The position numbers and the translations under genes were made by a program. The notes beneath the pieces were generated by a model. The model saw nothing but the letters and a program-made list of their open reading frames with translations, had not been told where the DNA came from and ran no database searches. From NCBI GenBank assembly GCA_951406725.2, contig OX597815.1:179924001-179988000 (forward strand): a DNA stretch of 64,000 nucleotides, written 5' to 3'. Below are positions 40,497 through 51,436 of the stretch, piece after piece (positions within the stretch are counted from its first letter, which is position 1; every line of letters starts with the position of its first letter). This DNA is from Octopus vulgaris (lineage: Eukaryota).

Positions 40497-41160
40497 CATC
40501 ATCATCGTCATCGTTTAACGTCTGACTTCCATGCTAGCATGGGTTGGACGATTTGACTGAGGACTGGCGAACCAGATGGCTGCACCAGGATCCAATCTTG
40601 ATCTGGCAGAGTTTCTACAGCTGGATGCCCTTCCTAACGCTAACTACTCCGAGAGTGTAGTGGGTGCTTTTTACATGCCACCGGCACGGGGGCCAGTCAG
40701 GCAGTACTGGCAATGACCTCGCTCGAATCTTTTACACATGCCACCGGCACAGGTGCCAGTAAGGTGACATTGGTAATGATCACGCTCGAATGGTGCCCTT
40801 TTACGTGCCACCAGCATGGAGCCAGTTGGCTGCTCTGGTAACGATCACGCTTGGATGGTGCTCTTGGAACCCTACTAGCACGGGCACAAGTGCCAGTAAG
40901 GTGACACTGGTAACAATCACACTCGAATGGTGCCCTTTTATGTGCCACTGGCACGGAAGCTGGTTAGCTGCTCTGTAAACGATCACCCTCATATGGTGCT
41001 CTTTTGGTGCTCTTTGCACCCCGCTAGCACGGATGCCAGTGGTCGAATTTGATTTTGATTTCACTTGCCTCAACAGGTCTTCGCAAGCAGAGTTTAGTGA
41101 CCAAAGAAGGGAAAGGGTACGCATAAGCGGGCTGGTTACGCTTCTGGCATAGGCCACAGA
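40497..41160 (-). mobile_element. RTE 3' UTR copy with alternating internal repeats
   Basis: (CAT)n start, ctggatgcccttcctaacgc block and repeated cactcgaatggtgccctttt units. Confidence 0.75.
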
Positions 41161-41269
41161 AGCATGTACTGTGTAATCTGCTGTAGATTAAATTAAGGGT
41201 CAATTTAGAGATTTAGTACAAATTTAGGGGCCGGTTCACCATGTTTATTTCGGTTGTCTTTATTGTTTC

Positions 41270-43385
41270 CTAGTTTCAGTCATTACACTGCGGCCAGGCT
41301 GGAGCACTGCCTGGAGGAATTTTAGCTGAATCAACCCCAGTACTTATTCTTCTGAAGCATGTCTCTTTTGCTGAGCTGCTAAGTTACGAGAATGTAAATG
41401 TACCAGCACTGGTTGTTGAACAGTGGTGGAGGAAGGGGGGACACACACAGACACAATGACACACATAGATATATACACATATGTGATAGGCGTCTTTCAG
41501 TTTCCATCTACCAAATCCAATCGCAAGGCTTTGGTCAGCCCGAGGCTATGACAGCAGACACTTGCCCAAGGTGCCATGCAGGGAGAATGAACCCTGAACC
41601 ATGTGGCTGGGAAGCAAACTTCTTACCACACAGCCACGTCTGTGCCTATTACAGGCAAATTCATTTCCAGAAGTTTCTCCAATTCCAAAAATTTGCAGTG
41701 CTTACAATTTGTCAGGCTGACCTTTTCACTGCATCATAAATTCAAAAATACTCCCACATGGTCATTTTGCCACCAAAATAGTTAACAATTTCATTAAGTA
41801 AGTTCAAATCTTATTAAAGCTGTCATGTTGTGCCCCAGAGTAGGGCTTGTGACAGCAATGTTTCATTTTCACCCTTTAAAATACATTAGGCACATGAGTG
41901 GTTGTGTGGTAAGTAGCTTGCTTACCAACCACATAGTTCTGGGTTCAGTCCCACTGCGTTCCACTCTAGCCTTGGACCAACCAAAGCCTTGTGAGTGGAT
42001 TTAATAGACAGAAACTGAAAGAAGCCCGTCATATATATGTTTATGTCTGTGTGTGTGTTTGTCCCCCTGCCACTATTGCTTGACAACTGATGTTGGTGTG
42101 TTTACATCTCCGTAACTTAGTGGTTCGGCAAAAGAGACCGATAGAATAGGTACTAGGCTTAGAATAAGTCCTGGGGTCGATTTGTTAGACTAAGGGTGGG
42201 GCTCCAGCATGGCTGCAGTGAAATGACTGAAACAAGTAAAAGAGTATTAGATTCTGTGAGTAGAGGAAGAGTAAGAGACTTCTGAGGATTTTGGTAACGA
42301 TATGATGGTGATGGTGATGATCTTCATATTTTATAATCTGTCAAAAGAACTCAACCAAAATTAAATTCTTTAAACTCTTTTACTCTTTTATTTGTTTCAG
42401 TCATTTTGACTGTGACCTTGCAGGAGTACCACCTTTAGTCAAACAAATTGACCCCAGGACTTAATCTTTGTAAGCCTAGTACTTATTCTATAGGTGTCTT
42501 TTGCCGAACTGCTAAGTTACAGGGGGATGTAAACACACCAACACTGGTTGTCAAGCAATGGTGGGGGTACAAACATAGACACACAAACACACGGGCTTCT
42601 TTCAGTTTCTGTCTAACAAATCCACGCACAAGGCTTTAGTCGGCCTGGGGCTATAGTAGAAGACACTTGCCTAAGGTGCCATGCAGTGGGACTGAACCCA
42701 AAACTTGGTGGTTGGGAAGCGATTGGTTTCAAATTCTGGCACAAGGCCAGAGGTGTTAAGTTGATTACATTGCCCACCACCACCACCACCCAGTGCTTAA
42801 CTGGTACTTATTGTATTGATCCTGAAACGATGAAAGGCAAAGTTGTCCCCTATGGAATTTGATCTCAGAACGTAAAAACAGACGAAATACTGCTAAGCAT
42901 TTTGCCTGGCGTGCTAACATTTCTGCCAGCTTGCTGCTTTTAATATTTTTTTCTACTCTAGGCACAAGGCCTGAAATTTTGGAGGAGGGGGCCAGTCAAT
43001 TAGATTGACCCCAGTACGTAACTGGTACTTAATTTGTCAACCCTGAAAGGATGAAAGGCAAAGTCGACCTCAGCAGAATTTGAACTCAGAACATAAAGAC
43101 GGATGAAATGCTGCTAAACATTTCACCTGGCGTGGTGCTAACATTTTGCCAACTCGCCGCCTTTTTAAGAATCATTTCTACACTGGGCACAAGGCCCAAA
43201 ATTTTGGGGGAGGGGGACAGTTAATTAGATCAACCCCAGTATGTAACTGGTACTTAATTTATTGATCATGAAAGGATGAAAGGCAAAGTCGACCTCAGCG
43301 GAATTTGAACTCAGAAAGTAAAGACAGACAAAATACCCGCTAAGCATTTCACCTGGCGTGCCAACGTTTTTGCCGGCTTGCTGAC
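41270..43385. mobile_element. SINE cluster: family B (-, +, -) then three family A (-)
   Basis: Family B at ~41270-41648, ~41890-42245 and ~42375-42720; family A at ~42725-43385. Confidence 0.8.
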
Positions 43386-43819
43386 TTGCCCTTCTTTAAT
43401 ATCATAAATATTAACGATATAAAACAACCCATAGTTTCTGTTTTTCTGCCGTGTTTCTCTGTGAATGACCTAAATCAAGGCCACACAGCAGAGTTGAGGA
43501 ACTGGTTTTGTTCTCAGATTGTTTCTATCTCTCATTTTAATAACAATCTTCTCCTGCTTAGCCTTTTCTATTATTACAGACAGCTAAGTGTATTACATTC
43601 AAGAAATACAAAGACTAGTCAGGACCAGAAGAAAATACACAAAGAAATAAAAGAAAGTAAGTAAAGTACCAGCCGGAAACTGAACTGTAAAACATAAAAG
43701 GATGGTTAAGAACTCATTATTTTGAGCGACAGGCATTGGTAGTGACTGGGTCTATATTTACATTAAAGTTTTCTAGCTAAAAGGAAAACAAAAAGCCCAA
43801 ACTCATGAGGGATATTTCT

Positions 43820-44138
43820 CACAAAATTACCTATTTCGGCATCCAACCAATGTACAAATATATGGAAAATTATCACCTGTATCATCTCTTATGAAAGGTA
43901 GAAGAGTCCAGTTTGCTGGACATTGTTGTAGAGCTGAAAACGAGGTAATTTCTACTTTTCTCCTCTGGAAGCCATCTGCTCGCGATACCAGAGGGCGCAC
44001 ACTCTCCTACCTTGATGTAATCTCCAGGGATACAGGCATCCAGCAACAGAACCTCAGTAATGCTATGATGGACCTTGAAGTCTGGCGTAACATAGCAAAC
44101 ACCATTGTCTCGACCACGGTCAAACAATGATGAATGAT
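43820..44138 (+). mobile_element. RTE-like LINE 3' end
   Basis: RRVQFAGHCCRAENEVISTFLLWKPSARDTRGRTLSYLDVISRDTG...AMMDLEVWR followed by tgatgaatgatga tail. Confidence 0.75.
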
Positions 44139-44688
44139 GACACTTGAATGGTGCATGATTAATAGATAGATTTAAAATACTTTTGATGTCAATTTGTTTA
44201 AAAGGTGAGTATGAAGTATGCTATAAGTGAAAACCCACAAAAACACAAACCACAAATTTTTAAGACAGAACAAAATAGAAATGTTGTTTATACAGAGAAG
44301 AACCGACTCTAAATATGATAAAAACATGTATTTTTATAACAAAACTGCAAGTTTCAAGTCATAAAATGCTATTCTAATTTCAGTGTGTAGGCAGCAGTAA
44401 ATTAAATTTTACTGTTGTGTTTAGTGTTTAGTAAATAATAATAAATACTATTATGGGAATGGTATCACAATATTCCTACCAATCTGTAACACTAGTCTTC
44501 AACTACAAAATCCTCCATTTGCTACAAATGATTATAAAAAAAACCATTAGCAAGCTCTTCTATGTAGATGATAGATTTCAATAAATAATGTTTTACAATA
44601 CTAAATGCTTTTCTATATTTAAGAGATGAGGAATTATGTACATTATTTACGTTATTTACATTTGCTGGATATTTGTCCTCATCTTGTT

Positions 44689-45003
44689 TGCAGCTTTGGT
44701 AGGTCATACAAAGGTGAAACATGCTGCCCCCTCAAAATAAGGGTAGAGGAACATCGCAAAGCTGTGACACGAGGAGGTATTGGTAAATCAGGTATAGCTG
44801 ATCATGTATGGAAAAATGGAGACCACCTCCCCCTGTGAGATGAAGTTAACATAATAAACAGAGAACACCAATGGAAAATACGAGAACTAAAAGAAGCAGC
44901 ATATATGCTAGGACACAACAACCTCTTAAGCAGACTGAGTGCAGATATGAATAACATATGGGAACCGGTATTAAGGAAGGATAGGAGAATATTAGATTTA
45001 TAA
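44689..45003 (+). pseudogene. Penelope GIY-YIG endonuclease C-terminal fragment
   Basis: CSFGRSYKGETCCPLKIRVEEHRKA...SGIADHVWKNGDHLPL*DEVNIINREHQWKIRELKEAAYM...LRKDRRILDL* (YIG-like YKGET, catalytic R..EH, R..KEA); one in-frame TGA. Confidence 0.85.
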
Positions 45004-45033
45004 GCCCTAAAATTCATTCCATAAATTGCCCAC

Positions 45034-45106
45034 GGGCATATGGTGTAGTGGTTAAGAGTGCAGGTTACTAACACCAAGATTCTGAGTTTGATTCCAGGCA
45101 GTGACC
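45034..45106 (+). other. tRNA-like Pol III promoter segment within PLE pLTR (not a functional tRNA)
   Basis: A box tggtgtagtgg, B box gagttt/cgattcc; family consensus ggttaagagcgcgggctactaacccc resembles the D and anticodon arms of tRNA-Ser(GCT); no good acceptor stem. Confidence 0.6.
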
Positions 45107-45545
45107 TTAATAATAATAATAATGATAATAATAACATTGAAAAATACCTTAGGAATGAGAACTCAGGCTGGAGGTTATATCAGCTGGAAAGTTGTGTTAA
45201 CAACAAACAAGATGTAAATAATATAAATAACATAATAAATAGTTTGTTATTTTAAACTGCCTTGTTTCTTCTCTTATGAGCCAGTAATGGATATATTTTA
45301 TGAGATGTCTTGCAACCATTAATATGTCATTGAAACAACATTGTGGAATTCTGCCTAACCCTGACCCTAACCCCCATGAAAAGAATGGAAGTGATTGAAT
45401 TCTATTGACAAGAATGAAAGGAAATACAAAGAATATTTTAAAATATGTACTTTTAAAGAATATTGTTAAAAAATGAAGTAAATTGCAGTCAAATAAAGAT
45501 TTAGTAATCCAAATGGATTGGAGTTTATCAATTAGAACATCTTAC

Positions 45546-45594
45546 CTCTAACGTCAGCTTGCCATCTGGGCAATCTTTCATAAATCCTTTATAC
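45546..45594 (-). CDS. NCS1: Internal coding exon of neuronal calcium sensor-1/frequenin-like EF-hand protein (EF1 region)
   Basis: Minus strand tttttctttttcag|G TAT AAA GGA TTT ATG AAA GAT TGC CCA GAT GGC AAG CTG ACG TTA GAG|gtaag = [W]YKGFMKDCPDGKLTLE, the NCS-family WYKGFxKDCPxG motif, with canonical splice sites. Confidence 0.88.
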
Positions 45595-46754
45595 CTGAAA
45601 AAGAAAAAAAAAAACAGTTATAATCATTTATTTATATATGTCGCAAAAAAAGAAAGAAACCCAGTTATAATCATTTATTTATATATGTTGCAAGAAAAAG
45701 AAAAAAAAACTTCTGAACTAATTGCATAAATCTGCAATTAAAAGTCTAAAAATATACAGTACTGGTGCCACATAAGAAGCATTCATGATGGTTCCATGTA
45801 TAATGGATCTAATACACTCTGGTTGGCATTAGGAAGGGCATCCAGCCATAGTAACCAAGCGAAAACAGACCACAGAGCCTGGCATGGCTCCTGGTCTTGC
45901 CAGCTCCTGTCAAAATGTCCAACCCACGCCAGCATGGAAAACAGACATTGATGATGATGATGATGATTATAGAAATATCCACTTAAGTAAATTCTATGAA
46001 GAGCAGTCACAGAAGAATACTGTTTCCAATAAACCTCTGTTGTAAGTTTTCCAATAAAAATATTATAAAAATAAAAATAAAAAAAACACTTTTAATATTT
46101 TTAAACATGAGGGGTGTATATATTATACATAAATTGTAGACATTGTGTGTTTTACTGGAAATAATGTTTTATGTTTAAATTAAATGTATACTAATTATTT
46201 TAAACGAATTAATATTGGTTGGGTGGAGAATGCGATGCAACAATCTGAACTATTTGACAAATCAATGTAAGCTTGAACAAAATAAAGGCAATTAGATCAG
46301 ATATATATAGACTGCTTTATTGTGATTTGTTATAGATTATAGCCATAGCAATATCTTGTCTAAGCGATGTCAACATTGAAATAAAGGGAAGCAAAATATA
46401 ATATTGACAATGAATAATTCGAAACTAAAATTTATGAAATCAATAAATATTGAGTATAAATAAATATTAATCATTTGGATTTCAATTAATTCAACTAGAT
46501 TGATGCTTAACTCAGTAGTTTTGGAGAAATATTAAAAAAAAAAAACGTTTAACATCAAAGTGTAGGCGTTTCTGTGTGATAAGATGCTTGCTTTCCAACC
46601 ACATGGTTCCGGGTTCAATCATGCTGCGTGGCACTTTGAGCAAGTGTCTTCTAAAATCTCTCTGCACTAAGTATTTTATTGCAAAATAATTATTTATAAG
46701 ATGGTTATAAGACTACAAAAGAATATATTAGACTTTAGAATACTTTAAAAAAAC

Positions 46755-46880
46755 TATATAAGGTGTTGAAAGTGTTGTCCTTCATTTTTAATACATAAAA
46801 TTTAATTTCTTTTTTACTGCCGTGTGAGCACTTCTTAGGCACTTCCTTCACTGTAGAGAGACTTTTTGAACACCCTGTAG
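46755..46880 (-). mobile_element. Internally deleted relative of the 28290-29072 transposon
   Basis: Identical terminus gagactttttgaacaccctgta; NEGQHFQHL-like transposase end on the minus strand. Confidence 0.55.
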
Positions 46881-46938
46881 TAAAACTGTCCAAAGCCTTG
46901 TGAGTGGATTTGGTAAGCAGAAACTGAAAAAGCCAGTC

Positions 46939-46972
<34 letters not shown>

Positions 46973-47169
46973 GAATGAATTATCCTTTGTTTACCGTTAA
47001 CATGGAAAATTCAATAAACAGTTACCAAGGTAGCAAAATTCACGCAAGTAACACGGATGAAGTGACCTATTCAAAGGTAGAAACTCTGAGTGAATGTACA
47101 GTAATTTGTGTAGCATAAGTAAATAAATGGAGTTGAACGCAGATGCTATTCAAATTCTTTTACTTTCGA

Positions 47170-47248
47170 TTCAACATATGTTTCGAAGACAACATTGGTT
47201 TTATTCCAAAGGAATAAACGGTATAAAATGCAATCTTCTCATCAGGAA
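47170..47248 (-). ncRNA. Type I hammerhead motif with canonical core and long stem II (family H5)
   Basis: Minus strand ttc-CTGATGA-gaaga...tcttc-GAAA-catatg-TT-gaa; palindromic stem III. Confidence 0.65.
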
Positions 47249-47273
47249 AGAAAGAGAACCTATCTCTTATTTA

Positions 47274-47333
<60 letters not shown>

Positions 47334-47405
47334 ATCTCTTGAACACCACCAGCCCAAAAAATTTTTTCCTCTGTCTTCCCTTCTCGGGATCTTTCCTTCT
47401 CCTTT

Positions 47406-47440
47406 GTTTCCGACGAAGAGCTCCGCTCGAAACGTTAAAC
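47406..47440 (+). ncRNA. Minimal hammerhead variant (core CCGACGA, family H6) in PLE pLTR fragment 47330-47537
   Basis: gttt-CCGACGA-a-gagc-tcc-gctc-GAAA-cg-TT-aaac; all three stems pair. Confidence 0.6.
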
Positions 47441-47533
47441 CCTCCTTCCCTTCTTTCCTGAGCGTCAAATAATACTTTAATTGTTCCACGTCCTCGCGTT
47501 GCTGTGTTTTTTTCTGTGTTTTCTTGTTTGGAT

Positions 47534-47537
<4 letters not shown>

Positions 47538-47583
<46 letters not shown>

Positions 47584-47590
47584 TTATTTA

Positions 47591-47634
<44 letters not shown>

Positions 47635-47641
47635 TTATTTA

Positions 47642-47681
<40 letters not shown>

Positions 47682-47692
47682 TTATTTACTTT

Positions 47693-47726
<34 letters not shown>

Positions 47727-47737
47727 TTTACTTTTAC

Positions 47738-47774
<37 letters not shown>

Positions 47775-47778
47775 TTTA

Positions 47779-47823
<45 letters not shown>

Positions 47824-47880
47824 CATATATTTACTTTTATATATATATATATATATATACATACACATACATACGTGTGT
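47538..47880. repeat. Higher-order microsatellite [(TA)n cacacatatattatttacttt] x~6
   Basis: Direct reading. Confidence 0.9.
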
Positions 47881-48775
47881 GTGTATGCCTGTGCTTGTCT
47901 CCCACCACTACTTGAAAACTGGTGTTGGTGTGTTTGCTTCCCTGTAACCTAGCAATTCAACATAAAAAAGGGTCAATAAGAACAAGTACAAGGCTTTTAA
48001 AAAAAAATTGAGGTGGTGCCCCAGCATAGCCACAGCCTAATGACTGAAACAAGCAAAAGATCTAAATCACTGACTCAAGAGTTGTATATTTAGAATATAA
48101 ACTTTGGGACAAGCAAAAACAAAAACACAAACAATTGCATTTCTACAGACAAAAGGGGAAGACGGAGAATAATTTGAAATTTATACACTCCATGGATACA
48201 GTTCAGAGATAAACGAAACTATCAAAAGAGGATATCTTATTGTTTCTCTACGTTATATACACTCATTTTAATCAAATCATGAACAATTAAAACTCCGGCC
48301 GTCAGTAAAATTATAAAACAGTCAAGCCGAGAGTAATTAAAGAAACTCAAGAAAGCAATAAACCCAAAGGTATTTTTAGAAATAATTTGAACGAGAGATG
48401 GAGAAGAATTTATTAAGAAACTTTTGAAATAATAAAAGGTCATGGAAAGAGTAAATAAATGTGCCCTTTGCACTAAAGTCACAACGGAGTTTTGATTAAT
48501 GACAAGATAATCATAAAGTCTTGTTCTAGAATTATTAGAAATAATAATAATAAACAATGCAACATTAATAAAAGGATAGTAATTAATATGGTTCTAAATG
48601 GCATTTTAAAGGAAATGCAAGAATCAATTACCCATTCCACAGATTTTCACCAATACAATAGCTCAGAGTGTGACAAGAATGCAGACAATTGACCATATTG
48701 GAAATGTCTCGTTTGTTGAATTTTCATTTCATTTTCATTTGTTCTATTTTTATATGTCAATGGAGGTTTGAAAGT

Positions 48776-49250
48776 ACATTATTTACAATTGATGGATATT
48801 TGTCCTCATCTTGTTGGTTGTTAACACAACGTTTCGGCTGATATACCCTCTAGCCTTCATCGGGTGTCTTGGGGAAATTTTGAACCTGGGTTCTCATTCC
48901 TAAGGTATTTTTCAATGTTATTATTATTATTATCATCATTATTATCATTATTCAGGTCACTGCCTGGAATCAAGCTTGGAATCTTAACCACTATACCATA
49001 TGCCTGTAGTGGTTAAGAGCGCAGGCTACAAACCCCAAGATTCCGAGTTCGATTCCAAGCAGTAACCTGAATAATAATAATAATAGTATCGAAAAATACC
49101 TTAGGAATGAGAACCCAGGTTCGAAATTTCCCCAAGACCGCTGATGAAAGCTGGAGGGTATATCAGCTGAGACATTGTGTTAAAAATAAACAAGATGAGA
49201 ACAAATATCGTCAAATGCAAATAATGTAAATAATTCCTCATCTCTAAACT
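48776..49250. mobile_element. Most complete palindromic PLE element of family H1
   Basis: Arms 48776-48995 and 49005-49228 are inverted; hammerhead motifs 48824-48867 (-) and 49137-49180 (+); tRNA-like segments diverge from the centre. Confidence 0.88.
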
Positions 49251-49307
49251 GTAAGTTTGAAAGGTCTAGAAATTAAAACATTTGCCAAAGGGGGAAAAAA
49301 AAGCATA

Positions 49308-49660
49308 GGTGCAGGCATGGCTATATAGTACACGGTTCTGGGTTCAGTCCCACTATGTGGTACCTTGGGCAAGTGTCTTTTGCTATAGCCTTAGGCCAAC
49401 CAAAGCCTTGTGAGTGAATTTGGTAGACGGAAACTGAAAGAAGCTTGTTGTGTATGTGTGTGTGAATGTGTGTATGTCTGTGTCTGCTGTTGTCCCCAAC
49501 CACCGCTTGATAACAAGTGTTGTTGTGTTTATGACCCTGTAAGTTAGTGGTCCAGTAAAAGAGACCACTAGAATAAGTTCCAGGCTTATTCTATAGTTTA
49601 CTGGGGTGGTGGGTCAATTTCATGGCCGTAGTCTAATGACTGAAATAAGTTAAACAGAAA
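49308..49660 (+). mobile_element. SINE family B
   Basis: Family consensus match. Confidence 0.75.
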
Positions 49661-50304
49661 AGACAGACATTCCATGGTTCCTTTTTACAAACCAACTCCA
49701 CCGATTCTGTCTTCACTGAATAAAAATTGGTATTGGAATAAAAGTTGCCCCCTCCTTCTGCATTGGTTACAATGACAAGGGTCCCAGTTGATCCAAACAA
49801 TGGAACAACCTGCCCATGAAATTAACATGCAAGTGGCTGAGTATTCCACAGGCATGCATACCCCTAACATAGTTCTCAGGGAGATTCGGCAAGATACAGG
49901 ATGTGACAAGGCTGGCCCCTTTCAATTGCAGCTACAACTCATTTTTGTCAGCTGCGTCCACTTAGGGGTAAAAATACTGCACAACTGGACATGTGATTAT
50001 GAACCCAAACCTTATTATAACCAGTGTTCAGCTACTAAGTAAGATACATTGCTTTAATTTAATCTCAGTCTGCCTGGACGACAAAAGGTTCCCCACTAAA
50101 AGTCACGTTAGAAAGTTATAAAAATAGAAGATTTATTTTTAAGCCTAAAAGGCCATTTCTTCTCTTATTGAATACATAAACTTCTAACCCTATTCTAAAT
50201 CTGATCCAACAATTAATTCATTGTTTCCCTTTCATACCATTCTGATCAATCAATTTTTGTTTTCTTTGATCTTCATTCTTCTCAGTTAAGCCAATATCAT
50301 TAAA

Positions 50305-50335
<31 letters not shown>

Positions 50336-50473
50336 TTTTATGGATATATTGGAAGAAGGCCAGAGAATGATGTTAGGAAAGTGAGCATTATCCTCAGACA
50401 GCCCAAAGACTTTACCAAAATACTCGCAACAGAGTGGACTGTGCGAAAGGTTCCTAAGAGGAAGATGGCGACA

Positions 50474-51436
50474 TTAACCCTTTCACTACCAACCTGGTAG
50501 AAACTAAATTCTTTGTTAAAGTAATTGAAAGAAACACAGCATCTCAACAGAAATGTGGTAAAGAAAGGGTTAAAATATATAATAGAGAAACAATTCCTAA
50601 CCCTTTTGATACCAACATGACTGAAACCACCTCTGGCTCTATAGTGCAAATGTCTTGCTTTCATAAGTTTTGGAATAAAATTTTTCACCAAACCTTAGTC
50701 ACAATTTATGTTCCTAACACTAGCTGAATGATAACTAAGTTATTTTACTAAATTCTTTGTTATATTTAAAGTACTTGAAAGAAACACAGAGCATCTCAAC
50801 AGAAATGTGGTAACAAAAGGGTTAAAATATATAATAGAGACACAATTCTTAACCCGGCTGAAACCACCTCTAGCTTTGTAGAACAAACGTCTTGTTTTCA
50901 AGAATTAAAATCTTCCGCCAAACCTTAGTCACAATTTGTGTTCCTAACACTAACTGAATGATAACTAAGTTATTTTACTAAATTCTTTGTTATATTCAAA
51001 GTAATTGAAAGAAACACAAAGCATCTCAACAGAAATATGGTAACGAAAGGATTAAGGAGTGCACTGGGTGTTCTAGATGTGGCATTAACACTGGTGCTTT
51101 GTTTGTGGCACCAAGTAAATTGCAAGACAAAAAGCCCTCAGCTGGGAGATGGAAAAGTACTGAAGGAGGTGCCTTTGTGCAGGTTGAGGGATTAACACTT
51201 TAGCATTTAACCCTTTTGGTACCAACCTGACTGAAACCACCTCTGGCTCTGTAGTACAGATGTTTTGTTTTCAAAAGTTCTGAATTAAAATCTTCCTCCA
51301 AAACCTTAGTCACAATTTATGTTCCTAACACTAACTGAATGATAACTAAGTTATTTTACTAAATTCTTTGTTATATTTAAAATTAACTGAAAGAAACACA
51401 GAGCATCTCAACAGAAATATGGTAACAAAAGAGTTA
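50474..51436. mobile_element. Four clustered copies of a TTAA-flanked MITE (piggyBac-like termini)
   Basis: ttaaccctttt..tacc ... ggtaacaaaagggttaa; copies ~50474-50573, 50598-50825, 50849-51056, 51207-51436; partial copy at 31815-31951. Confidence 0.7.

Larger units (their letters stand above)
44610..45235 (+). mobile_element. 5'-truncated Penelope-like element: inverted pLTR piece + GIY-YIG fragment + pLTR
   Basis: Inverted pLTR tail 44610-44690, endonuclease fragment, tRNA-like head, partly deleted hammerhead, tail. Confidence 0.85.

Noticed and set aside
44836-44838. In-frame TGA in GIY-YIG as selenocysteine (reported for some PLE clades)
   Set aside because: It falls at a position that is normally Trp (W-D-E-V), so TGG>TGA decay is simpler; no SECIS was recognised.
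45034-45106. Genuine tRNA-Ser gene
   Set aside because: No proper acceptor stem or long variable arm; always embedded in the repeat and variable between copies.
48237-48560. PLE reverse transcriptase remnant (YCFSTLYTLI)
   Set aside because: Only one short motif-like match with no supporting downstream RT motifs.
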